Virus record (IMG/VR): IMGVR_UViG_3300020202_000088
Location: 1-54,754 of that record
Length of the DNA: 54,754 nucleotides
From: a virus
Lineage: Duplodnaviria > Caudoviricetes
Direction: 5' to 3' (one strand)
Part shown: one piece after another, positions 1 to 9,668 of the stretch
Numbering within the stretch: position 1 is the first letter of the stretch
Layout of the letters: each line of letters begins with the position of its first letter
Translations under genes and position numbers: made by a program
The notes under the pieces: model-generated
What the model saw: the letters and a program-made list of their open reading frames with translations, nothing else
Databases searched by the model: none
What the model was told of the DNA's origin: nothing

Positions 1-128
1 CCTCAGGCAGAACTTGTTGTCACCGTGCACGAGGTGCGAGAGCACCCAGACGATAGTCTGCGTGCGGCGGTTGAAGGCGCCCCATGCGTAGTCAATCTTC
101 GACTTGTCGATGTCCCCATCAGTCTCGA
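1..128. repeat. Terminal direct repeat (circular assembly overlap), copy 1
   Basis: Bases 3-128 are identical to 54629-54754; base 2 is C versus T at 54628. An ORF reads in frame across the junction. Confidence 0.97.
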
Positions 129-1422
129 AGAGTGCCTGAATCGGGCGGCTAGCGCGCGTGGGCTTGCCCGTGCCGTCCCAGATGTAGACGCCCGTGGTGC
201 TGACCCAGGCCAAGTAACCGTTCGCGGTCACGACCTGCGCCTGCTGGGCTACGCCGTGGTCAGAGATCTTTTTAAGTACCCAATCCGAAACGCTAGAGCC
301 GGTAACGACCCACAGCTCCTCGTCTTTGTGCACAACCAGCATCTCTTCGATCGCGTCGGAGTTGGCGCTCGTGAAGCTTATGATAGACAGCGAGGTGATC
401 GGGCCGCCCGAAGGCACGGTAATGACGTTTGCTACAGGCCAGCTCTCGGGCTTGTTGGTGTCCGAAATGCAGATCGTGGAGTCGTAGGCCGTAACCAGGC
501 GTCGTTTCCAGGTTGTAAGCGTCTTGTAGGTGCCCGAGGCTAGCTCGGAGTTATCAATCGTGTTGCCCGCGCCTGGCACGTTCTGCGCGGTCGAGATGTA
601 ACCACCTGTGTCAGCGTAGGAGGTCGTGCCGATGTCGACGATCGCGACAAGATCGCCGGCCGTGAAGGCGGTATCGCCCTGCGAGGTCACCGAGACGCTG
701 GAGCGATAGATGTACCACTTGTCAAATCGGGTTGTGTCGACGTTGCTGACGCTAGCCCGGCTGACAGTTACCTGGTCGGTCGCCGTCGTGATGTTGATTT
801 CCTTGAAGAGAGCGGCGTTACTAAGAGCCTGAGTGGACAGCTTGCGGAAAGCGATGGCGTAGCGGTAGTAACCAGTCGCAGCGAAGTTCGGGGCGGCCGC
901 GTGGGCGGAAGCGGTGAGAGAAAGCGAGCCAGTAGGAGCAGGAACGCCATTCTTAGTGACCTTGGTCGCGCTGTAGACGCCGTAAAGCGACGCCATGCCG
1001 CCGCCCGCAAGCCAAAGCGCATTGGCGGCCGTGGTGTTGAACTGCGATGCGACGACCTGCTGCGTGTTGCTCGCGGCCAGGATATCGGTCGCAGCCGACG
1101 AGGTGTCGTCAGATAGGGCTGTGAAGCTTGGCGTGGTTAGGTCGACGGCCTGGAGCTTGCGATCGGCCGCACGTACCTGAGTCTTCGTTCCCGACGCGGT
1201 TACGTGCTGCCCAAAGCCTACGCTGCGTAGCCGAGTGTCGACCACGCTGTTGACTTTGCTGTGGCCATCTCGCTTACGGAAACCGCCTGTGAGCGTGTAC
1301 TCCCAGTTCTTACCTCCCGTGGCCTGCGTTTCGAGGACGCGGAACGGCGAGTCTGAGAGGTTCAGCCCCCCGACGTTCTCAAAGTAGTCTTCGTGGTAGA
1401 AGTCCCCGACTTTGTAGGCCAT
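1..1422 (-). CDS. Tail nozzle/stabilisation protein (P22 gp10/T7 gp12-like), N-terminal part; ~673 aa when joined across the circular junction to 54027-54626
   Basis: ATG at 1422 gives MAYKVGDFYHEDYFENVGGLNLSDSPF...; the frame continues into ORF 54027..54671. Size and position between adaptor/fibre and ejection genes fit a podovirus nozzle. Confidence 0.65.
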   Translation of the reverse strand, partial: MAYKVGDFYHEDYFENVGGLNLSDSPFRVLETQATGGKNWEYTLTGGFRKRDGHSKVNSVVDTRLRSVGFGQHVTASGTKTQVRAADRKLQAVDLTTPSFTALSDDTSSAATDILAASNTQQVVASQFNTTAANALWLAGGGMASLYGVYSATKVTKNGVPAPTGSLSLTASAHAAAPNFAATGYYRYAIAFRKLSTQALSNAALFKEINITTATDQVTVSRASVSNVDTTRFDKWYIYRSSVSVTSQGDTAFTAGDLVAIVDIGTTSYADTGGYISTAQNVPGAGNTIDNSELASGTYKTLTTWKRRLVTAYDSTICISDTNKPESWPVANVITVPSGGPITSLSIISFTSANSDAIEEMLVVHKDEELWVVTGSSVSDWVLKKISDHGVAQQAQVVTANGYLAWVSTTGVYIWDGTGKPTRASRPIQALFETDGDIDKSKIDYAWGAFNRRTQTIVWVLSHLVHGDNKFCLR

Positions 1423-1429
1423 GGTGCCC

Positions 1430-1723
1430 TTACGCGAGCGCGTAGTAGACGATGTACTCGGCGGAGGCGCCCGTCACGTCAGCGTAGATGCCGTTTCTGC
1501 ACTCGATGCCCTGAGGGCCAAACCATTCGACTTCGCCCTTGGCGTTGGCCTTGAGCGAAGCCTTAGCGACGGCTGTACCGCTGGCGGCTGAGGCGTTGTC
1601 ATACACAACGAGCGTAGAGTCGGCGGCGGCTGGATTCAGCTTAATGCCCATGAGGCGGCACGGGCCAGCGACGATCGCGGCGTCGGCGGACTTGAGGCCG
1701 CTGCTAGAGATTGCTTGAAACAT
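1430..1723 (-). CDS. Hypothetical small virion protein (beta-rich)
   Basis: 97 aa ORF with RBS (GGAG), co-oriented within the tail module. Confidence 0.6.
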   Translation of the reverse strand: MFQAISSSGLKSADAAIVAGPCRLMGIKLNPAAADSTLVVYDNASAASGTAVAKASLKANAKGEVEWFGPQGIECRNGIYADVTGASAEYIVYYALA

Positions 1724-1734
1724 CAGATACTCCT

Positions 1735-2079
1735 TCAGGGTTTAATGAGGTAGGCGCCCAGGATTAGCAGGGCGACGGCTACGCCGATGGCTAGCCAGGG
1801 GGCGCGGCGCGAGGGCTTCGACCCACGAGGCACCAACTTGATGACGTTGTCGGCTCCGGACTTGTCGAGCTGCGACTGACGAGCAGCGCACTCCTCTGGA
1901 GTCATGGGCAGGATCTTTCCTTCGACGAGCTTCCAGAAGTGCGGCGGGATCCCGCGCAGCTCCCAAAGGTCCGGATTGATGACAGCATTGGCCGCACCCT
2001 CAAACGCCTTCAGATCCAGGGGGTTCACTAGAACGCGGGCGTTGTTGTCGGTGAATACGACCACGATGGTCTTAGGCAT
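1735..2079 (-). CDS. Hypothetical protein with C-terminal membrane anchor
   Basis: Probable start MPKTIVV at 2079, overlapping the upstream stop; hydrophobic C-terminus WLAIGVAVALLILGAYLI. Confidence 0.55.
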   Translation of the reverse strand: MPKTIVVVFTDNNARVLVNPLDLKAFEGAANAVINPDLWELRGIPPHFWKLVEGKILPMTPEECAARQSQLDKSGADNVIKLVPRGSKPSRRAPWLAIGVAVALLILGAYLIKP

Positions 2080-2362
2080 CGACGGCCCCTTCAAACTCGG
2101 GCAGGGCTTTGAGTTTTGCGTAGGCAAGCGCCACGGGATTGGCCTCATCCATCGCAGCCACGGTGAACGGGTAGTCGTCGCCGCTCCACTCGTAGTGGGC
2201 CCATGTAGCAGGCTCTTTGCCTGCCTGGCGGGCCTCTTTGTCTTTATATAGGCCCAGACACACTTCCGCGCGTTGGGAAGCGGCGTCGAGCTTCACACTA
2301 AGCAGGCGCCAGTAGCTGCATACGAGGCCGGAGGGCTGTTCTTTGGAAAGGGACAGGGCCAT
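2072..2362 (-). CDS. Putative tail fibre assembly/chaperone-like protein
   Basis: 96 aa ORF directly downstream of the tail fibre gene, as is typical of fibre-associated small proteins. Confidence 0.5.
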   Translation of the reverse strand: MALSLSKEQPSGLVCSYWRLLSVKLDAASQRAEVCLGLYKDKEARQAGKEPATWAHYEWSGDDYPFTVAAMDEANPVALAYAKLKALPEFEGAVDA

Positions 2363-2370
2363 GGGGGTCC

Positions 2371-4779
2371 TTAGCGGAGGGAGGTGAAGGTCTGCTTATG
2401 AAACCAGTAGTCGCAGAGGAAAGTGCGGGCAGTGGTGCCGGCTGACTTAGTGATGCACATCACGATGCCGAGCTGGCGGCCTGCGCCGGAGGGTATGTTG
2501 GTAGTAATGGTGCCGAGGGAAACGTCGTCGGCGTAGAAGGTCACGCTCGAGGCAGCGGCGTTGATCACAGCCTTCAAGCGTACCCAAGCGCCAGCGATTG
2601 CCGACTGTGCTGTGACTGTTTTGGTGCGAGAGCTGTTTGAAGAGGTCTTGATGGACCAGAAGTCACCGTCGGCCAAACGGTTGTACTCGAAATAAACTCC
2701 GTCAGTGAAGTCCGAGCCCGTGGAGATGTCTCCAAGCCCCACGCGAACGATATACTCCTCAGACACAGTGGAAAGCGTGGGCAGTTGAACCACGGTTTCG
2801 TAGGTGAACTGACCGCCGCCGAGCAGATAGTAGGTTGCGGTCTGAGAGCGTGCCGCGCTACCCGTCGTGTCCGTGCCTGTGGTCAGCGACAGGATGCCAG
2901 GGTGGTTCGCTTCGCCGACCGCGATGGCGGCGCCTGCGCCAGTGCCCGACGCCGTAGAAGACCATGTGCCGCGACCTCCGCTGCTGCCGCTGTCCCACTC
3001 TTCGAAGAACCAGGTGCCGCGTCTCGGGTCAAAGGCGTCGTGGAAATTCTGAATCGTGTTCGCCGAGCAGTCGATGGTCGTGCCGCTAAGAGATGTAGCG
3101 GTAATCGCGCCTGTGACCAGGGCGCCTGCGTTGCTGACCGAGGCGACCACAGTGCCAGAGCTATTCTTCCACTCCTGCAGCTTCGAGGTCTGAGTGGAGT
3201 GCCCCTGGACGATCAGGACTTCGTCATCCGAGTCACCCACGATGTGCACTTGCGCCGTAGGCGAGACCGCGGCCCCAATGCCGACGTTTCCGCCCGCCTC
3301 GATGTTAATCCGAGTCGTGTTGTCAGTACGGACCAACACGGGGTCCGAGGTGTACGTGCCAAAGATGTAGTTTCCAGAGCCATCGATCAGGTGGTAGCCC
3401 TCGACGACGTTGTTTTTGAACACCATCGCGTGTTGAGAGCTATCGTTGTAGCTCATCAGGATCTTCGGGCCCGAGATGCTGCCCACGCCGCCCGTGCCCA
3501 CGTGCAAGGGGGCCGCGATGGTCGTGGAGCCGGTGTTGATCCCCATGTAGGCGCTGGAGGGGTGGAACTTGACGGTGTTGTTGAGGTCCGCTGCGATGTC
3601 TACGCCGCCATCCGTCTGCAGAGTCAGCGCCGTGGTGTTGTTCGGCTTCAGGTAGATCGGGCTGGCAGTGATCGTGCCCCAGACACAGTCTGTGCTCTGC
3701 GCGAGGAAGAACATCTGCATGCCGGTGTTGCGCACCGTCAGGCAGCCGTTACTTGAGGAGTTGGTGCCGACGACCATCTGGCTGGAAACCAGTGACGTGG
3801 AGGCCGTGCCTACATGGGCAGTCGGAGCCGAAAGAAGCCCCGTATCGCTCACCGTGACAAGCGAGTCCTGTACCGTGTCGCCTCCGGTACCGTCCCAGCG
3901 CGCGATGGCGTTGTCCGTGGAGCTAACAGGGCCGGTAACGTCGCCAGATCCGCCACCGCCCGAGGCCGCCACCCACTCGACGTCGTAGTCAGTGTTACTG
4001 GCCTTGGCGAGCACTTGTCCAGTCGTGCCGCCCGCGGGAATGCCTTCAACCGAGATGGGGCAGAGAAGCTCGAACGTCGGGTTATCCGGGATCGGAGGGT
4101 AGCCGGAGTAACCGCTCCACTCCGTCTCGTTCTGGTCCTCGATGGCGACGTAGACGTTGCCCTCGTACTTAACCAGGTCGCCAGGCACGTAAAAGGTAGT
4201 GTCGCTCCAGTCGTCCTGGTACGTCATCCCCTGGGCGGAGATCTCGAGGTAGTTTAGGTTCTGCCCGATGGTGACGTGGCTACCGGCGACGAGTTTGCGG
4301 AATTCAAGCTGCTTGTTAGTCGTGCGCGCGTAGACTTCCGGCATGTCGGCCGGGCCGACGTTCGTGGCGCTCGTGATCGGCACCGCAAAGTCGATGGAGT
4401 CGGCAGTCGCGTTGCCCGTGATCGTCACGGACCCGTCGCCGGACGTCAGCGTCAAGGTATCCGTAGGCGAGTCGGCCGCCGGGCTCGTGCCCGCGTCTGG
4501 CTGGATGGTGCTGAAGCTGTTAGCAGCGCCCGAGGAGGTAACGAGCGTGCCGGACTCGGCAGGAAGGGTGATGACCACGTCGCCCGAGCTGGATCCCGCA
4601 CGGATGGTGACTGTGGACTCCGTTTGCAGCGGCGTGGCGTCGACTTTGACCTGCTTGGTGCGGTCGATCTCGTCGCAGATGGCGAACTGATCGTCCCGGA
4701 TGACTCCGGTGCGCTCGAACTGGTCTTTGTCTTTGATCGGCGTCTCGACGATGCGACCGCCGTCCTTAGTGATCGGCAT
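2371..4779 (-). CDS. Tail fibre / receptor-binding protein
   Basis: 802 aa, rich in S/T/G; fibre-type motifs GGTTGQVLAKASNTDYDVEW and STDNAIARWDGTGG; CBM5/12-like segment WSDTTFYVPGDLVKYEGNVY. Confidence 0.8.
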   Translation of the reverse strand: MPITKDGGRIVETPIKDKDQFERTGVIRDDQFAICDEIDRTKQVKVDATPLQTESTVTIRAGSSSGDVVITLPAESGTLVTSSGAANSFSTIQPDAGTSPAADSPTDTLTLTSGDGSVTITGNATADSIDFAVPITSATNVGPADMPEVYARTTNKQLEFRKLVAGSHVTIGQNLNYLEISAQGMTYQDDWSDTTFYVPGDLVKYEGNVYVAIEDQNETEWSGYSGYPPIPDNPTFELLCPISVEGIPAGGTTGQVLAKASNTDYDVEWVAASGGGGSGDVTGPVSSTDNAIARWDGTGGDTVQDSLVTVSDTGLLSAPTAHVGTASTSLVSSQMVVGTNSSSNGCLTVRNTGMQMFFLAQSTDCVWGTITASPIYLKPNNTTALTLQTDGGVDIAADLNNTVKFHPSSAYMGINTGSTTIAAPLHVGTGGVGSISGPKILMSYNDSSQHAMVFKNNVVEGYHLIDGSGNYIFGTYTSDPVLVRTDNTTRINIEAGGNVGIGAAVSPTAQVHIVGDSDDEVLIVQGHSTQTSKLQEWKNSSGTVVASVSNAGALVTGAITATSLSGTTIDCSANTIQNFHDAFDPRRGTWFFEEWDSGSSGGRGTWSSTASGTGAGAAIAVGEANHPGILSLTTGTDTTGSAARSQTATYYLLGGGQFTYETVVQLPTLSTVSEEYIVRVGLGDISTGSDFTDGVYFEYNRLADGDFWSIKTSSNSSRTKTVTAQSAIAGAWVRLKAVINAAASSVTFYADDVSLGTITTNIPSGAGRQLGIVMCITKSAGTTARTFLCDYWFHKQTFTSLR

Positions 4780-5468
4780 TAACCGTTCTCGGGGTTGAAG
4801 GGCCTGACGTAGGTGGGGTACTTGGAGCGAACGGCAACGGCGTCTTTGAACGCCTTGTAGAGGCCGGTAAGGCTCTCTTCCGCGTTCTTGTGCACGTTCA
4901 CGCCGTTGACGAGCGTCTCCTTGAGCTTCGCCTTGTAGACGGCGTACATCTCAATGAGCTGCTTGAAGAGGGGGGAGACCTGCGCGGTCATCGAGTCTCC
5001 CCCGTAGATCAAAGTGTCCGGGAACTGCACATACTCGACCTTGAGACCCGAGGCCTCGCTCGAGTTGGGCGTGGGCCGGAGGACCAGGCTGTTGCCCCGG
5101 AAGTAGTAGCAAGGACGATAGGACTCGCTGCTCGGGCCCCCTTGGGTGCTGTACGACTCGTCCGTCACGTTACGGAACGGAAGGACTTCGTAGCCGTTCG
5201 AGACCTTCTTCCAGACGGTACGTACCTGGAAGCAGTCGGACGGCAGGGCCACGGTCTCCGAGTTGGCGGTGATATTCAGGTCCGCCGTCGTCGTGAAGTA
5301 GCCCTCGTTAATCTGCAGTACCTCCATGAAGTACACGCGGATCGCCTCGTTGATGTACTCCGTCAGCTCGTCGTCCTTCCAGAAGCTGTTCTGGGGATCG
5401 GGCTGGTTGAGAATCCGCCTGATGTGGGTCAGGAGGTTTTGCAGGCTGGGGGACGTGAGCGTGGCCAT
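4779..5468 (-). CDS. Head-tail adaptor (T7 gp11/P22 gp4-like)
   Basis: 229 aa; N-terminal IRRILNQPD...WKDDELTEYINEA and LVLRPTP are characteristic of podovirus adaptors; lies downstream of the capsid gene. Confidence 0.7.
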   Translation of the reverse strand: MATLTSPSLQNLLTHIRRILNQPDPQNSFWKDDELTEYINEAIRVYFMEVLQINEGYFTTTADLNITANSETVALPSDCFQVRTVWKKVSNGYEVLPFRNVTDESYSTQGGPSSESYRPCYYFRGNSLVLRPTPNSSEASGLKVEYVQFPDTLIYGGDSMTAQVSPLFKQLIEMYAVYKAKLKETLVNGVNVHKNAEESLTGLYKAFKDAVAVRSKYPTYVRPFNPENG

Positions 5469-5926
5469 TACACTCCCTTAATTTGTTTCTGGAGCTGCTT
5501 GAGGCGCTCGACCTTGGCCTCTTCGGCGTCTTGGCCGGCCTTCTGGTACTTAGCGAGCAGCTCGAATGCTTCGACTTCACCAGGGCTGGCGAAGACGAGT
5601 GGGTCGGCCTTGATGTTGGCCTTCTCGAGGTCCTGGCGCAGCGACACCTCGACGTTCTTGATGCGCTCGCGCAAGCGCTGGCAGAATGCTTCCACGCCCT
5701 GCTTGGTCTTCTCGGCCAAGATCGTCTTGCCCTCTTCGCTGGAGGCGAAGCTCGGGTCCGCGAACTCTTCCGGAAGGGCGACGATGCCCAGGTAGAAGCG
5801 CTCGGTGGCAATCCAGTGCGAGATGCGGTCGTCGAGGACCTTCATCTGCTTCGGCTTAAACTCGAAGTAGTTGCCGAAGGCTTTGACCTGGTGAGTTTCG
5901 TTCGTGGCGTTGTACAGCATTCCCAT
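5468..5926 (-). CDS. Hypothetical protein
   Basis: 152 aa, GGAGG RBS, coupled to the adaptor gene. Confidence 0.7.
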   Translation of the reverse strand: MGMLYNATNETHQVKAFGNYFEFKPKQMKVLDDRISHWIATERFYLGIVALPEEFADPSFASSEEGKTILAEKTKQGVEAFCQRLRERIKNVEVSLRQDLEKANIKADPLVFASPGEVEAFELLAKYQKAGQDAEEAKVERLKQLQKQIKGV

Positions 5927-5951
5927 TTGTGAGCCTCCTTAAGGCTTGTGC

Positions 5952-6500
5952 TCAGTTAGAGCGACCCCAGTAGTTAGCGATTTGGGCGGGGTTCATGCCC
6001 GAAAGTAGGAGCGCGCGGAACTCAGCGATCTCGCGCTTGTGTTGCTTGATCATGTAGCGCTGGCGCTCGTCGGCGTCGGCCAGGACCTTTTCCTGGTGCT
6101 GGGCCGCGCGGTAGTCCATCTCGGCGTTCACGCGCTGCATGTAGGTAGCGTCGTCCTCGTGCGGCCTACGCGGCACGTGGCGGAAGATGTCGCTCATCCA
6201 GAGGCGGAACATCACGCGCTGATCGAGGGTCGCGACGTCCATGATCCAGGTCTCGAGAGGCTTGTGCGCATATTGCAGCGTAAAGAAGTCCTGGCCCTGG
6301 AAATGCCCTTGGTGCACCCACGACTTCTTTGCGGGCCGTCTATGCACCTCCCAGCAGCCCATTCCGCGGCGCTTGGTCGGGTTCCAGGTGACATAGAGCT
6401 GAGCATCGTACGCCCAGAGCAAGCGCTCAAACGCGCTCCGGTTCATATCAAGTACGCTGCCTACGACCGTCCTGCCGGTCGGCCCAATCTCGATCCTCAT
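5952..6500 (-). CDS. Hypothetical protein
   Basis: Probable start MRIEIG at 6500, overlapping the previous stop (ATGA). Confidence 0.6.
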   Translation of the reverse strand: MRIEIGPTGRTVVGSVLDMNRSAFERLLWAYDAQLYVTWNPTKRRGMGCWEVHRRPAKKSWVHQGHFQGQDFFTLQYAHKPLETWIMDVATLDQRVMFRLWMSDIFRHVPRRPHEDDATYMQRVNAEMDYRAAQHQEKVLADADERQRYMIKQHKREIAEFRALLLSGMNPAQIANYWGRSN

Positions 6501-6718
6501 TCGCTGTCTCTGTTGCTGTCGGTATGCTTGCGGGCTGCGTAGATCGCGCCCAGAGCGCCCACTGCAGCGGCGAAGTCCGTGCCGCCGAAGGCGCCAAATT
6601 GAAACTCGCCCGCGACCATGTTGCTCGTCATCAGCTTGGCGAGGCACGCAGCGAAGCCCACGACGAACATCGTCAGGGTCGCGCTTGGCTCCTTGGTCTT
6701 CGGGTCTTTAATCCACAT
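6497..6718 (-). CDS. Small two-TM membrane protein (holin-like)
   Basis: 73 aa with two hydrophobic segments and a charged C-terminus. Confidence 0.5.
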   Translation of the reverse strand: MWIKDPKTKEPSATLTMFVVGFAACLAKLMTSNMVAGEFQFGAFGGTDFAAAVGALGAIYAARKHTDSNRDSE

Positions 6719-6780
6719 AGAAAGAGGTGCAGCCAGATGACCCCCTGGCTGCCCGGGGTTAACTAACTAGGAACTAGAGA

Positions 6781-7989
6781 TCAGCTGACGCCCGACGGCT
6801 CGCCCAGGGAGACGATCTTGCCGTGCGTGTTGCGGCGGCAAGCGCCGAAGTTCATGTAGTGGCGCCAGTAGGCTTCGAACTTGTCGGTACCGGCGACGCG
6901 CAGGAACTTGTCCGAACCCTCGAGGCCACCCATCTCAAGCGGGGCGACTTCGAACTTGCGGATGTCCGACTTCTTGATCGCGTACACGACCGAAGACTGG
7001 CAATCCGGGTCCAACCACAGCTCCATGCCGTTGAACGAGAGCTTCTGGAAGCCCGCGTCCATCTTCTGGTCCGTGTAGCGCTTCTGGGGCGCGACGATGT
7101 CGAGGTACTTGCGCCTCTGCTTCGGGTGCATGATCAGCGTGTCGACCATCTCGCCCGAGAGAACCTGCACGTCGTCGCACAGGCGCTGCAGTAGGTCGCT
7201 AGTGAGCGACGCGCCCGAGGCGTCAATGCGGCGCCCGCGCCAGATGCGGTTGGCCGAAGCGTCGATGTTTTGAAACGTGGTCAGGTCGGTGCCGTCGTCG
7301 ACGATGCCGCGCAAGCCCATCGCTTCCTTGCCGTCCGACGCAGCGCTGTCGCGCACGTTTTCCTTCACGAGCTGGCTGGTGGCCGTGAGGGCCGCGCCGA
7401 GCGAGGTCGCGAGGTAGACGACGTTGTTGACCTTGTCCACGTCGTTCACGCGGATCGAGTCAACCGTCTTCGTGGTGCTCTGGAAGATGTCGATCACCAT
7501 GTTGCGGCGCAGGTACTGAGCCGAGTCAACGGTGAAGGACGTCAGGTTCGACGCAACCGCGCCCGTGGGGGACGCGAGCAGGCCGGTGCCGAGGCCGAAG
7601 AACTGACGGTTCTCGTCCTTGAGCAGGCGCTCCTTGGCCATGTCGAGGGCGTCCGTGAGGGCCGTGACGAAAGCCTCATCTTCGCTGTCCGCAGCCTTGG
7701 CCGCGAGACCCGAGATGTCGATCGGCGCCACGAGAACCTTGGGGCTCACTTTCCATTGAGCGTAGTTCTCGTTGTCGATCGTGCGGAACGACTCGGTTTC
7801 ATTGATCGCGCCAACTGACTCGTTGCCGTAGTCGTTGATCGCGCCGTAGAAGCCGTCGCCGCCGGCGTTAAACTTCTCAAGCGACTTGCCGATCTCGTCG
7901 ATCGCGCGGTGCTTGAGGTTCTGTTGAGCTTTTGCTTTCTCGTCGTATACGCGCTTAAGGGCGCCGGCGAGAGTAGTAAGATTAGCCAT
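6781..7989 (-). CDS. Major capsid protein
   Basis: 402 aa, directly after the scaffold gene; HK97-fold-like layout with C-terminal NFGACRRNTHGKI. Confidence 0.85.
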   Translation of the reverse strand: MANLTTLAGALKRVYDEKAKAQQNLKHRAIDEIGKSLEKFNAGGDGFYGAINDYGNESVGAINETESFRTIDNENYAQWKVSPKVLVAPIDISGLAAKAADSEDEAFVTALTDALDMAKERLLKDENRQFFGLGTGLLASPTGAVASNLTSFTVDSAQYLRRNMVIDIFQSTTKTVDSIRVNDVDKVNNVVYLATSLGAALTATSQLVKENVRDSAASDGKEAMGLRGIVDDGTDLTTFQNIDASANRIWRGRRIDASGASLTSDLLQRLCDDVQVLSGEMVDTLIMHPKQRRKYLDIVAPQKRYTDQKMDAGFQKLSFNGMELWLDPDCQSSVVYAIKKSDIRKFEVAPLEMGGLEGSDKFLRVAGTDKFEAYWRHYMNFGACRRNTHGKIVSLGEPSGVS

Positions 7990-8018
7990 GTGGTCCTTCT
8001 AAGGACACGCGGAGGCGA

Positions 8019-8801
8019 TTAGGTGTTGCTGCCTTCGCGTGCGTACTTGAGGGTCCTTTTCACCATCCATTGCCGAAGCTCAGCGGGGTCGGTCGGGATC
8101 TCTTCCTTAGCGGCCGGAACTGGCTTTCCCTTGGGGGACGTGGGCGCCGAAGCGTCCTTCTTCTTGTCCACCACATAGCCCTCGCGCTCCGTGCGCTTGA
8201 GGCTATCGAGGTACTTGCTCATGTTCGAATGCACCTGCTGGAACAACTGAGGTAGGTCGTTGATCCCGATGTTCGGGTCAGCGCTCGCCATATCCTTGAT
8301 TGCAGCCTGGTACATTCCGCGCAGCTCTTGCGGAACCTTGTTCTCGCTGTAGAGCTGCTCCAGCTTCGAAGTCGCCTGCGTGCGAATGGTCTGCGCTTCC
8401 ATCTGCGCTTTCCACTGCTTCAAGCCCTCCAGCTCACTGAGGCTGGAGTTCAACTTCGCGAAGCGATCGCCAAACTCCGGGTCAATCTGCTTCAGGCGCT
8501 CGACAAGAGCATCCTTTTCAGACTGGGAACCCGGACCGCGCTTTTCCAGCGCATCAAGCTTGGCCTGCATCTGCCGGTACGCCTGCTCAAGCTGCTTGGC
8601 CTGAGTCGCGTACTGGTTCTTCTGCTCGACCAGTTCCTTGAAGCGCGGGTGCTCGTGAAAAGGGGTGTTGGGACCCTCGTTAGGTTGTGCTTCGGCCTGT
8701 GGGGCCTCAGCGTTCGAGGTTTCCTGAACAGCCGGCTGAGGTTCGGACGAAACCTCACTACTTGCGTCCGTATTGGGCTGCTCCAAATCAATTTCAGACA
8801 T
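8019..8801 (-). CDS. Capsid scaffolding protein
   Basis: Acidic, disordered N-terminus, PFHEHPRFKEL motif, coiled coil; immediately upstream of the capsid gene. Confidence 0.8.
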   Translation of the reverse strand: MSEIDLEQPNTDASSEVSSEPQPAVQETSNAEAPQAEAQPNEGPNTPFHEHPRFKELVEQKNQYATQAKQLEQAYRQMQAKLDALEKRGPGSQSEKDALVERLKQIDPEFGDRFAKLNSSLSELEGLKQWKAQMEAQTIRTQATSKLEQLYSENKVPQELRGMYQAAIKDMASADPNIGINDLPQLFQQVHSNMSKYLDSLKRTEREGYVVDKKKDASAPTSPKGKPVPAAKEEIPTDPAELRQWMVKRTLKYAREGSNT

Positions 8802-8813
8802 TATGGCCTCCGG

Positions 8814-9668
8814 TTAACGCCCATTTCCCCGGGCGAAGGGGCTGCCGTGGCCAGGCAGGATGATTGAGGGTGCGGGAGGGGTCACGATCATCTGGTCCGT
8901 GGTCCCCTGCGGGCCGGCCCCCAGCGAGGGCCGTGATTTACGCTGGGTGAGTCTTTGTGCGAGTTCTTGAATCTGAGGCCGAATAGCGGCGTCGTAGTTC
9001 AGGACGGCGCGATTGGCGTAGTCGATGGCGTAGTTGTTGACGTCGAGTAGGCAGACCGACTTGTAGTGCTTACAGGTCATGCTGTAGTCGACGAAGAACT
9101 TGTGCCCGAGAGCGTTGACCTTGCGGCAGAAGCCCAGGTCCTCGCCCTCTTCGATCTTGCGGCTCTCGCCGTCGAACGTGAATTCGAAGTAAGGCTTCTT
9201 GAGTTGGTTGATCAGCTCGCGCTTGATAAAGAGGCAGCCTGTGGCCAGGCCGTCCACGTATGCGGTGCCGCTGTAGGGCACCTTGGACGGACATAGTCCT
9301 TTGCCGTTGCTTCCGTCGAAGACGGCCATCACGACCTGGGGCTTGGAGCCTTCCTCGGGGCAAATGAAGATGGGGTACGGGGCCCCAGCCACCTGCCACT
9401 TGTCCCAGTGCTCAGTGACGAGGTCGAGCACCGTATCGCACGGGGCGATATCGCTATCGAGGAACCACAGGGCCTCTGCGTCACTCGCCAGGAATTCCTC
9501 CACGAGCGCATTACGTGCGTAGTCGTGGAACATGCGGCGGACACAATCCTTGGGGTAGACCAGCTCTACGCGGTCAGCGTAGGCGGCCTGCAGCTTGCGC
9601 ATCACGGACACCTGGGCGTCGGAGACGTTACCCATGGTCGGAATTGCGACGAAAACCTTGCGCTTCAT
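8814..9668 (-). CDS. Glycosyltransferase (GT-A/GT2-like)
   Basis: VFVAIPT, ARNALVEEFL, LWFLDSD (DxD), ATGCLFIKRE and GEDLGFC motifs. Confidence 0.85.
   Translation of the reverse strand: MKRKVFVAIPTMGNVSDAQVSVMRKLQAAYADRVELVYPKDCVRRMFHDYARNALVEEFLASDAEALWFLDSDIAPCDTVLDLVTEHWDKWQVAGAPYPIFICPEEGSKPQVVMAVFDGSNGKGLCPSKVPYSGTAYVDGLATGCLFIKRELINQLKKPYFEFTFDGESRKIEEGEDLGFCRKVNALGHKFFVDYSMTCKHYKSVCLLDVNNYAIDYANRAVLNYDAAIRPQIQELAQRLTQRKSRPSLGAGPQGTTDQMIVTPPAPSIILPGHGSPFARGNGR

Noticed and set aside
1-128. Terminal repeat as a biological direct terminal repeat
   Set aside because: It falls in the middle of a gene and its length matches a typical assembler k-mer overlap; it shows circularity only.
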